From contig JAJXYT010000127.1 in the NCBI GenBank assembly GCA_021780375.1, positions 9,524 through 73,523 of the forward strand: a DNA stretch of 64,000 nucleotides, written 5' to 3'. This DNA comes from a bacterium. GTDB taxonomy: Bacteria; Verrucomicrobiota; Verrucomicrobiia; Limisphaerales; UBA11358. Positions within the stretch are counted from its first letter, which is position 1; the number at the start of each line of letters is the position of its first letter. The position numbers and the translations under genes are program-made. This document shows, one piece after another, positions 26,843 to 34,513 of this stretch. The notes beneath the pieces are model-generated. The model saw only the letters and a program-made list of their open reading frames with translations. It had not been told where the DNA came from and made no database searches.

Positions 26843-28159
26843 ATGAACCTGGCAGAAGAAGTCAGATTAGCCGGTGTCGTCGGGGCGGGCGGCGGCGGAT
26901 TTCCCACCCACGTCAAGCTTAACGCCAAGGCTGAAACTGTGATTGCCAACGGCGCGGAATGCGAGCCACTCCTGCACAAGGACGCTGTCATCATGGAAGA
27001 AAGCGCCGCCGAAGTGGTGCGCGGAATGCAGCTGGCCATCGAAGCTGTGGGCGCGAAGGAAGGCGTCATCGGCATCAAAGGCAAAAAGAAGCGCGCCGTC
27101 GAGGCGGTCGCCGCCGCCTGCCAGGGCAGGAATATTCGCGTCCAGTTGCTGGGCGACTATTATCCGGCCGGCGATGAATTCGATTTGGTTTACAGCGTCA
27201 CCGGCAAGTTAATTCCGCCCGGGGGCATTCCCCTTGACGTCGGCGTTCTTGTCAACAACGTCGAGACGTTCGTGAACATTGCCGCCGCCCACGACGGCCA
27301 GCCGCTTACGCATAAAATGCTGACGATTGCCGGCGCGGTAAAATCGCCGGCGACCCTGAAGGTGCCGTTGGGCACGACGTTCCGCGAGTGCATCCAACAT
27401 GCCGGCGGCCTGGCGACGGACGATCCGGTGTTGGTCATCGGAGGTCTGATGATGGGCCGGCACACCGACGACCTCGACACCCCTGTCACCAAGACTTCGA
27501 CCGGCGGCGTCATTCTGCCTCGCACACATCACGTCATCGAACGCAAGCTCAAGCCCAGCCGGGCGCAAGCGAGCATCGGCAAGTCCGCATGCGACCAATG
27601 CCGTTACTGCACCGAGTATTGTCCGAGATATTTACTCGGTTACTCCGTCGAGCCCCACCAAGTCATGCGCACGCTCGCCTTCACCGGCACGGGCGCGGAT
27701 TATTACAATCAGTGGGCGGCCCTGTGCTGCGCGTGTGGACTCTGCACGCTTTACGCCTGCCCGGAGGAGTTGTTTCCGAAGGAAGCCTGCGACGACGCCA
27801 AAGCGGTCATGCGTGCCAAACAAATCAAGTGGACCGGCCCCATGCATCCCAAGCCGCACGCGATGGCGGATGGGCGCCATGTGCCCATCCAGATGCTGGC
27901 GAAAAAACTGCACGTGCTTGATTATGATTTGCCCGCGCCGCTGCTCGAAGAGGCAATTGCACCAGGCCGGCTCATTCTGCCGCTCAAGCAAAGTGCGGGA
28001 ACAGCGTGCTTGCCGAAAGTGAAGATTGGCGACCGCGTGAGTGCCGGTCAAGTCATCGGTGAACCGGCCCCGAACGCGCTCGGTGCATTATTGCACGCGC
28101 CGGTTGCCGGCGTCGTCAACGGGGTAAATGCTCAACAAATCATTCTAGAGATATCATGA
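26843..28159 (+). CDS. RnfC/PduS-like Fe-S (flavo)protein
   Basis: GVVGAGGGGFPTHVKL is an RnfC-type motif, and an SLBB-like segment is present. There are two ferredoxin-type Cys clusters: CDQCRYCTEYCP and CCACGLCTLYACP. The C-terminal barrel-sandwich-like tail is VKIGDRVSAGQVIG. Start is ATG 26843; the track ORF start at 26654 overlaps DeoR. Confidence 0.8.
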   Translation: MNLAEEVRLAGVVGAGGGGFPTHVKLNAKAETVIANGAECEPLLHKDAVIMEESAAEVVRGMQLAIEAVGAKEGVIGIKGKKKRAVEAVAAACQGRNIRVQLLGDYYPAGDEFDLVYSVTGKLIPPGGIPLDVGVLVNNVETFVNIAAAHDGQPLTHKMLTIAGAVKSPATLKVPLGTTFRECIQHAGGLATDDPVLVIGGLMMGRHTDDLDTPVTKTSTGGVILPRTHHVIERKLKPSRAQASIGKSACDQCRYCTEYCPRYLLGYSVEPHQVMRTLAFTGTGADYYNQWAALCCACGLCTLYACPEELFPKEACDDAKAVMRAKQIKWTGPMHPKPHAMADGRHVPIQMLAKKLHVLDYDLPAPLLEEAIAPGRLILPLKQSAGTACLPKVKIGDRVSAGQVIGEPAPNALGALLHAPVAGVVNGVNAQQIILEIS

Positions 28160-28707
28160 ACGAAAAATCTATCGGCCTGCTTGAACTCTCGAGCATTGCG
28201 GCAGGTTTCCTGGTCGCCGACACTATGCTCAAAGCCAGCAACGTGCGCATCCTGCTCTCGCGTTCGATCTGCTCGGGTAAATACATGGTCCTGATTGGAG
28301 GTGAGACGGCGGCGGTCGAGGCCGCCACAGCGGCGGGCGAGTCGGCGGCCAACGGCTGCCTGATTGACAGCCTCACGCTCGCCAATCTGCATCCGGACGT
28401 GATCACGGCAATCGGCCGCACGCAGCCAGTCCAGCCGGACGGCGCGCTGGGCGTCCTTGAATCATTTAACGTGGCCACCATGATCAAGGCGGCCGATGCA
28501 GCGGCCAAGGCGGCCGATATAGAATTGTTGGAACTCCGGCTGGCGATGGCGCTGGGCGGCAAGGCGTTCTGCACCATGACCGGCGATGTGGCCTCGGTGC
28601 AGGCCGGCGTGGCTGCCGGCCGCGCGGTTATTGCTGAAGCCGGCGTGCTGGTGAATGCGGTGGTGATTTCACGGCCGCATCCGGACGTTTACCGTGAAGT
28701 GATTTGA
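28156..28707 (+). CDS. BMC-T tandem-domain shell protein, PduT-like
   Basis: There are two BMC domains. By recall it aligns with Salmonella PduT ([21 protein letters not shown] vs [33 protein letters not shown] vs DSLVLANIHPSV), including the pore Cys that ligates a [4Fe-4S] cluster in PduT. An ATGA overlap links it to the preceding gene. Confidence 0.85.
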   Translation: [183 protein letters not shown]

Positions 28708-28940
28708 TTTCGATGCGCCGCCGGTCAACGGTGATTGCTCCTGCAGTGTTTTGACCCGTTGCTGCTGAAAGCGATGGGCGGGTGAAAAATCAGTTTATGC
28801 GCCGGGGGACTTCCCGCCGGTCAGGGGCGTCCCAAGGGCGGAAGCCGCCATCAAAACCTGACCCTGGCCCAAGAGCAAGCCGTGCTGGCTCCGTGGCAAC
28901 GGCTATACAGAAGCGCATAAATAACGCTACATTATGGCGA

Positions 28941-29676
28941 TCAAAAAAACGGCGCGAGCAAACCCTGGATTTTTTCGGGGTGTTTCTGCACCGCGTCAAA
29001 AGTGCGAAACAAACTACCGCAAAGATCGGCGGGCTTTTCAAAGAACCGGTGATGGGTGGCCTCCCGACGAGTGTAATGCCAGAGCCGTTCCTGAGCGTTG
29101 AGTTCGGGCGAGTATTTGGGCAGCGGAAAGCCTTCCGGTGTCACCACAACTGCGATCACCAGTTGCGCGCGATCGGGCCGATGATCCCGGGAATAGCCGC
29201 GCGCCGCTTTTTCGACGCCTTCCGCCTCCCCTTCGAAATACGTGCTGGTCAGGTCGTAGAGCAGCACGTCGAAACTGGCGCCAAAGAGATCGCGCCATTT
29301 ATCGGCCAGATGCCGCTCCAACGCGTCCTTGTGCCCCACCATCCGGTCCAGGGCCCGATACAGCCGATCCTTCTGCGCCACCGCTGCGCTGCCACCGTTC
29401 CACCTGCGTGGTGTTCAGTTCGCCCAAGTGCAGCACCCTGCGTTGCACCACGCGTTGGCGGCTGACGCGAAGACTTTCCGTGAGGCTATAGTAAACATGG
29501 CGCTTGCCGTCTTTACAACGCTTGTGCGCCTTCAGAAACGTGTCGGCATTCTGACAACGGGCGAGCGGCGCCTGTCTACGGGCTGGGTCTTCCCACAGGC
29601 TTCCAGCGCTCGGCTCATGCAAAATCGCCAGCAAATCGCCACCGACGTTCGCAAAAAAAAATCCAAATCGCTGCAT
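28941..29676 (-). mobile_element. Decayed transposase debris: frameshifted IS1634-family N-terminal part fused to an IS630-family C-terminal fragment
   Basis: Frame A (29299-29676) reads KDGKRHVYYSLTESLRVSRQRVVQRRVLHLGELNTTQVERW. Frame B (29121-29381) reads LLYDLTSTYFEGEAEGVEKAARGYSRDHRPDRAQLVIAVVVTPEGFP, which is IS1634/IS4-like. Residues encoded at 28944-29120 read LPKYSPELNAQERLWHYTRREATHHRFF, an IS630 DDE_3 tail. No intact transposase and no inverted repeats were recognised. Confidence 0.6.
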
Positions 29677-29763
29677 ATCTGCGAAAGTCAGGTTAGATGT
29701 TGGCTTCCCCCTCGACAGGGAAAATTAGAGCCGTTTTGGCACGCTGCCTGCCGCAATTGTCCC

Positions 29764-29949
29764 ATGCAACCGCGACTGCACATCAAAGACATTTGCCGGA
29801 TTTACGGCTTCTCGAGGTCCACCCTGTACCGCCGGCTTCGTGACGGCCGTTTCCCCAGGCCGATCCGGAGCCTGGGACTGATCTGGCAGCCCGAGGACCT
29901 GGCCCTGGCAGAATCCGCGGGACAGGTCCCGCCGCGGCAGTCCCCTTAA
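29764..29949 (+). CDS. alpA: AlpA/excisionase-type small HTH protein
   Basis: The 61-aa product contains LHIKDICRIYGFSRSTLYRRLRDGRFPRPIR, the AlpA-family pattern (SRST.YR....G.FP.P). Its location between IS debris and the att/tRNA site fits this call. Confidence 0.65.
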   Translation: MQPRLHIKDICRIYGFSRSTLYRRLRDGRFPRPIRSLGLIWQPEDLALAESAGQVPPRQSP

Positions 29950-30070
29950 TTGTCCCGCCTTTAACCTGGATTTGAGCTTGGAAAGGGCTTTGCCCCGTCA
30001 AATTGTCCCCGGTTTTGTCCCATCAATCTGTCCCAAGGATGTCCCTTGAAATTGTCCCGCCAAATGTCCC
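29950..30070 (+). repeat. Iteron array: direct repeats of (A/T)TGTCCC, six of them at 11-13 bp spacing
   Basis: TTGTCCC occurs at 29950, 30003, 30015 and 30052; CTGTCCC at 30028; ATGTCCC at 30039 and 30064. One more TTGTCCC at 29757 abuts the alpA ATG. All copies have the same orientation. Confidence 0.75.
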
Positions 30071-30132
30071 AGATCGGCATCCGGGACGGAAAAGTGTCTT
30101 GAAAGGGGTACAAAGCATGTTGTCATTTTGAT

Positions 30133-30393
30133 ATGAAGCAAATTTTGATTCGGGAAGTAGAAGACGATTTTGTTGAGATCCTGGATCGGGAAGCCAAACG
30201 GCACCGGCGAAGTCGTGAGAAACATGCCCTGTTCCTTATCGAGCAGGGACTGGGTCAGCGGCCATTGGAGACTGCCGGTGAACTGCTGGACGCGCTTGAA
30301 GCGGCGCCAGCGCCAAATCTCGTGAGTGAGCAGGAGATCGAAAAGATTCTTCGGCAGCGAGGACGCAGATCGAATCGTCCGGCAACGCCATGA
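30133..30393 (+). CDS. Ribbon-helix-helix antitoxin (FitA/VapB/Arc-like)
   Basis: MKQILIREVEDDFVEILDREAKRHRRSREKHALFLIEQGL matches the RHH antitoxin N-terminal pattern. An ATGA overlap joins it to a PIN-like start. Confidence 0.6.
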   Translation: MKQILIREVEDDFVEILDREAKRHRRSREKHALFLIEQGLGQRPLETAGELLDALEAAPAPNLVSEQEIEKILRQRGRRSNRPATP

Positions 30394-30491
30394 TTGCGGA
30401 CACGACTTTTCTAAGCGATTTGGTGAGAGAATTCCGGGACAACCGGACGGGACCGGCAACAAGAATTTTTCCGGCCACTCGCGCCCGATAA
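30390..30491 (+). pseudogene. Truncated PIN-domain (VapC/FitB-like) toxin, first 33 codons only
   Basis: MIADTTFLSDLVRE... matches the PIN N-terminal strand with the first acidic residue (M-I-x-D-T-x-x-L/I-x-D/E-L). The frame stops after 33 aa, whereas normal PIN toxins are ~130 aa. Confidence 0.45.
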
Positions 30492-30617
30492 TTTGGATCA
30501 ATTCCTGGTGATATTCGCGCGTCCTCTGCCTCACGACGCCAGCCCTCAAAGCAGCCCACGTGAGAAGTGAATCCCGTAAACACACAAGGCAGAATTCACC
30601 CGGGCTAAAAGCAAGTT

Positions 30618-30641
30618 TGGAGCCAATGGCCGGGATTGAAC
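30618..30641. repeat. tRNA-proximal att-like repeat (3' 24 nt of tRNA-Thr)
   Basis: Identical to 19061-19084. Confidence 0.8.
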
Positions 30642-30692
30642 CGGCGACCGACGGTTTACGAAACCGTTGCTCTACCGCTGAGCTACATTGGC
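30618..30692 (-). tRNA. tRNA-Thr (anticodon CGU), CCA encoded
   Basis: Hand-folded cloverleaf: GCCAATG TA GCTC AGCGGTA GAGC A ACGGT TTCGTAA ACCGT CGGTC GCCGG TTCAATC CCGGC CATTGGC T CCA. All four stems are fully paired, the T-loop is TTCAATC, and the total length is 75 nt. Confidence 0.9.
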
Positions 30693-30821
30693 TTGCACAA
30701 CCGAATCAACCGATGCAGTCGATTTCAGAGTTTCGACAACCGCATCCGATTCGTCCGTAATATTAATTTTTTTTGCCGTGAAATCAACCTTGTTTCCGCT
30801 CGGCAGTCCCCTTGAATCAAT

Positions 30822-31631
30822 TCAACGCCAAACCGGATTGAACGATTCCAGGGCCGCGTTCATACCCGCGACCAACGCATTCACGCGAACCGGCAATGGA
30901 AAATCCGAGGGCGCCTCCAGCGTACAACCCAGCCGTGATTTGTTCATAATCAAATAAAATGCCTCGGCCCATTGCGGGCGCGTGTTGGGATCGAGCTTCG
31001 GTCGGATAATGCCGCCGTTCGCCGGGCGGTCCTCGATGATTTCCGACGGATCAATCGGGCAGACCTTTCGGACTGCTTCGATGATTTTCTCCGCAAGCGC
31101 AGGTTGTTGGTCAGGATTCTGTTCATAGAGGTAAAAACCATGTGCTTCCCAATCTTCGTGCAGGCAAAGATACAAATCGAACTGCGGCTGGCGTTCCAAC
31201 CACGCAATGTGGGCACGGACTTCGGCGGTTTCCAGATGCCGGTAATCGCGGTTCAAATCCTTGCCGTCGGGATTCTCCCGGCGGTTCAAAACAAAACCCA
31301 CCGGGTTCAAGCAGGGACAAAACCAGAGTTCGGCATCCGCCGGCCAGTGGTTTTCCTGAAGCAATCGCAACGCGGCCATGGGTCCCGCCGGTTCGTCGCC
31401 ATGAATGCCGGCACTCAGGTAAACACGGGTCGAGTGAAGCGGGGGGAGAGACGCGGCCCGGTGCAGGGTGAACAGGTTGAATTCGCCTTGTCGGCCAAAA
31501 TTTTCCGGAGTCCAGCCGTGCTGCTGTGCCGCGATTCCGATGTCACGCAACACGGCGCGGATGTCAATCGTTTCGCCGTGGTAGCCACCGTGATTTTTGC
31601 CAAGCCTTTCCACGCGGAGAATTTCACGCAA
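30822..31631 (-). CDS. M14-like zinc carboxypeptidase / succinylglutamate desuccinylase-aspartoacylase superfamily protein
   Basis: Supported by SAGIHGDEPAG (the H-x-x-E zinc motif), CLNPVGF, GKDLNRDY and LCLHED. Confidence 0.7.
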   Translation of the reverse strand: MREILRVERLGKNHGGYHGETIDIRAVLRDIGIAAQQHGWTPENFGRQGEFNLFTLHRAASLPPLHSTRVYLSAGIHGDEPAGPMAALRLLQENHWPADAELWFCPCLNPVGFVLNRRENPDGKDLNRDYRHLETAEVRAHIAWLERQPQFDLYLCLHEDWEAHGFYLYEQNPDQQPALAEKIIEAVRKVCPIDPSEIIEDRPANGGIIRPKLDPNTRPQWAEAFYLIMNKSRLGCTLEAPSDFPLPVRVNALVAGMNAALESFNPVWR

Positions 31632-31662
31632 AGATGAAAAGACGCCAACACATTTTATTCGT

Positions 31663-32520
31663 TCACGCCGGCTGCGGAATCAGGCGGTCTTGCTCAACGC
31701 GGGGCGAACTTTCCCAGGCAATCATCGCGCGCTTGCGGATTGGTCCCCACCGGTAGTTCCCAATCACCCCGGTTTCGCGGATGACGCGGTGGCAGGGGAT
31801 AAGATACGCCAGCGGATTTTGTCCTACGGCGGCACCGACGGCGCGCGCGGCGGCCGGCCGGCCCAGCGTCGCCGCCAAACGGCCGTAGCTGGTGAGCGAA
31901 CCGGGCGGGACCTGTAATAACGCCCGCCAGACGCGCACTTGAAACGGCGTGCCGCGCACAAACGCGCGCAACCCTGGGCGTGAATGTGTTCCGGAAGGCG
32001 GCGCAAAGATTTTTGCGGCGAGGCGGCTGGCAACGGAATCGTCGCGTTTTATTTTTGCCTGCGGCCAATCGTTTTGAAGTCCGGCCAACGCTGATTTTTC
32101 GTCTTCGACAAATGAAAGATGGCAGACGCCGCGCGGACTTTCGGCGATGAGACATTTTCCAAACGGGCTTTCCGCGAAGCCAACGGAAATCATCCAGCCG
32201 GTGCCGCCGGATTTCCATTCGCCGGGTGAAGCGGCTTCCAGATTCACGCAGAGATCGTGCAGTCGGCCCGGCCCGGACAGGCCGGATTCCAGCGCGGCAT
32301 CCAAAACGCTTTCGCCCTCGCGGAGCAATTTCTGCGCGTGGGCGAGCGTGAGGCATTGGAGAAAATCCTTTGGGGTGACGCCCGCCCACGCGGAAAAAAG
32401 CCGGAGCAAATGAAACGGACTCAAACCGGCGTGCGCCGCCAACGCCGCCAAATCGGGCTGCTCGGCGCGACGCTCGTCCAGATAACGGATGATTTGGGCG
32501 ATGCGTTCGTAATCGTTCAT
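31663..32520 (-). CDS. Ada-like bifunctional protein: AraC-type HTH plus methylated-DNA-protein-cysteine methyltransferase
   Basis: The N-terminal HTH is LAALAAHAGLSPFHLLRLFSAWAGVTPKDFL. The C-terminal MGMT active site IPCHRVI and the FQVRVWRALLQVPPG helix are present. Start is set at MNDYERI (32520). Confidence 0.85.
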   Translation of the reverse strand: MNDYERIAQIIRYLDERRAEQPDLAALAAHAGLSPFHLLRLFSAWAGVTPKDFLQCLTLAHAQKLLREGESVLDAALESGLSGPGRLHDLCVNLEAASPGEWKSGGTGWMISVGFAESPFGKCLIAESPRGVCHLSFVEDEKSALAGLQNDWPQAKIKRDDSVASRLAAKIFAPPSGTHSRPGLRAFVRGTPFQVRVWRALLQVPPGSLTSYGRLAATLGRPAAARAVGAAVGQNPLAYLIPCHRVIRETGVIGNYRWGPIRKRAMIAWESSPRVEQDRLIPQPA

Positions 32521-32625
32521 GGGCACACTTTGCCACCAGATAACGGCCGCTCCCACCCGTTTCTTGCGCCTTTTATTTCCTCTTCGTTGGGCGAGGAGCG
32601 GAAGAAGATTATTGCGTTGCGCGAT

Positions 32626-33729
32626 TTATTTCGCGGTTGTCAGTTCGGCTTCTGTTCTGCAACCCGCTTTTCCGCAGCCGCAGCCGGCTTCGTCCTGATC
32701 ACTGAAGCCGTGATGGTCCCAACTCGGATCCAGACCGAGGTCTTTGAGCATCTGCAGGTCTTTCTCGACGGGCTGATTCAGCGTGGTGAGATAGTTGCCA
32801 ACCATGAGGGCGCTGGCGCCAGCCAGGAAAATCATGCTTTGTGCGTCACGCAGGTTCACCGTGCGGCCGCCGGCAATCATGATTTCCTGCCGCGGCAAGA
32901 TGAACCGGAAACAAGCGATGGTTTTTAAAATTTCCATGACCGGCAGCGGCGGATGGTTTTCAAACGGCGTGCCCTTGATGGGATTGAGGATATTGAGGGG
33001 CACAACGTTCGCGCCGATTTCCTTGAGCGCAAAGGCCAGGTCGCAGCGGTCTTCGCGCGTCTCGCCCATGCCGATGATGCCGCCGGAACAAATCTTGATG
33101 CCCGCTTTTTTTAAGTAGCCGATGGTTTCGAGGCGGTCATCGTAGGTATGCGTGGTGCAGGTTTCGGGGAAAAAGCGGCGCGAGCTTTCGAGATTGTGGC
33201 CATAGCATTCAACGCCCGCTTCCTTCAAACGGTCGGCGACACGCTGGTGCTTGAGGAGACCGAGCGAGACATCGGGCCGGGTTTTGCCGCCGGCCTTCAA
33301 TTCGCGGATGCGGTCGCAGACTTCGTCCAGCATCGGACCTTCGTTCAAACCTTTCCACGCCGCCACCAGGCCGACGGCGGTGACGCCGTTTTTGTTCGCT
33401 TCTTCCGCCGCCGCCTGAACCGGTTCGGGATCAACAAAACCGTATCGGGGCGAGCCGGTTTGATAAAACGACGACTGCGCGCAAAAACTGCAATTCTCCG
33501 AGCACGCGCCGGCCTTGGCATTCACGATGGAGCAGAGGTGGATCTTGTTGCCCTTGAACTGTTCGCGAATCCGGTTCGCCCAGGACAACAAATCAAAAAT
33601 GTCGGCGGTGTTTTCGAGGTGGAAGAGCCACAACACCTCGGCGCGGGTGAGGTTAACGCCGTCGAGCACGCGCCGGCCCAGTCCGGCGATTGGGGCGTGG
33701 TTGGTTGCGTCAACCAATTCAAGTGTCAT
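32626..33729 (-). CDS. bioB: Biotin synthase (radical SAM) with a Cys-rich C-terminal tail
   Basis: Supported by CSENCSFCAQS (the CxxxCxxC motif), YGHNLESS and ICSGGIIGMGE. The extra tail is ...DQDEAGCGCGKAGCRTEAE. Confidence 0.9.
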   Translation of the reverse strand: MTLELVDATNHAPIAGLGRRVLDGVNLTRAEVLWLFHLENTADIFDLLSWANRIREQFKGNKIHLCSIVNAKAGACSENCSFCAQSSFYQTGSPRYGFVDPEPVQAAAEEANKNGVTAVGLVAAWKGLNEGPMLDEVCDRIRELKAGGKTRPDVSLGLLKHQRVADRLKEAGVECYGHNLESSRRFFPETCTTHTYDDRLETIGYLKKAGIKICSGGIIGMGETREDRCDLAFALKEIGANVVPLNILNPIKGTPFENHPPLPVMEILKTIACFRFILPRQEIMIAGGRTVNLRDAQSMIFLAGASALMVGNYLTTLNQPVEKDLQMLKDLGLDPSWDHHGFSDQDEAGCGCGKAGCRTEAELTTAK

Positions 33730-33798
33730 GGTTGACAGCCTAGCACCGGGGATAACGGACGCAAGCGGGGATTAGCGAAATCAACCAGGATTTGCCCC

Positions 33799-34371
33799 TT
33801 ACTCAACCACCTTGCCGAGGATGTCCTGGCGCGAAACGGCTCCAAAAACACGGCTGTCCAGGCTGTTGTTGCGGTTGTCGCCCATGACAAAATATTTGTC
33901 GCCGTAGCTGATAAACTCGTTCCCATCGCGATCGTAAGCATAGGTGGGCGTGCCGGGCAAAAGATACGGCTCGCGCAACAACCGGCCATCCACATAAACC
34001 TTGCCGTTCTTGAGACACACCGATTCACCGGGCGTGGCAATGATGCGTTTAACCAGCAGCATATGATCCTGCGGATCCCTGACGGCGACGATGTCGTCAC
34101 GTTGCGGTTCACCTATCAAATAGCTATAGCGATCCAGCCAATAGTGCCCTGAATTGATGAGCGTGGGGTACATGCTGTCACCGACGACCTGGACTGATTG
34201 AATAACAAACCGGCTGACCAACAAATAACTAAACGCCGACAATGCGAGAATCATTGCCAGACTGCAACAATGGCGGAAGAACCAGGACCACGACATTCGC
34301 AAGCGCCAGACTTTCAAATAAAACCCCAAAACCCCGGAGAACTTCTTAAAGGCAAGATACGTCATGTCCAC
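33799..34371 (-). CDS. lepB: Signal peptidase I
   Basis: Supported by VVGDSMYPTL (catalytic Ser box), the VKRIIATPGE Lys box and the GDNRNNSLDSR box. Confidence 0.9.
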   Translation of the reverse strand: MDMTYLAFKKFSGVLGFYLKVWRLRMSWSWFFRHCCSLAMILALSAFSYLLVSRFVIQSVQVVGDSMYPTLINSGHYWLDRYSYLIGEPQRDDIVAVRDPQDHMLLVKRIIATPGESVCLKNGKVYVDGRLLREPYLLPGTPTYAYDRDGNEFISYGDKYFVMGDNRNNSLDSRVFGAVSRQDILGKVVE

Positions 34372-34513
34372 AATTCAACTGTACCAATTTGATACATTTT
34401 TGCAAGCAAAAAACGGCGAAATTGTCCAAAAACCGCACATCAAAATCCTTAACGATAAAACCTTGAAATCAATCCTTTGTACGGGGATTGTCAGCGAAGT
34501 GGCCCCTCTGCAA

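Noticed and set aside
28782-29465. 227-aa plus-strand ORF over the IS debris
   Set aside because: It is antisense to recognisable transposase fragments and has low-complexity Arg/Pro-rich sequence.
29950-30070. Considered whether the phased TGTCCC repeats could be a miniature CRISPR array or a replication origin
   Set aside because: The repeat unit is only 7 bp with 4-6 bp between units, with no spacers of CRISPR size and no cas genes. No DnaA boxes or rep gene are nearby, so it is treated instead as a protein-binding iteron array.
29998-30585. 195-aa minus-strand ORF covering the iteron array, the RHH gene and the PIN remnant
   Set aside because: Its N-terminal part is just the translation of the TGTCCC repeats (…GTSLGQIDGTKPGTI). 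It is antisense to a well-formed RHH antitoxin plus PIN start joined by an ATGA overlap, and no family resemblance was seen.
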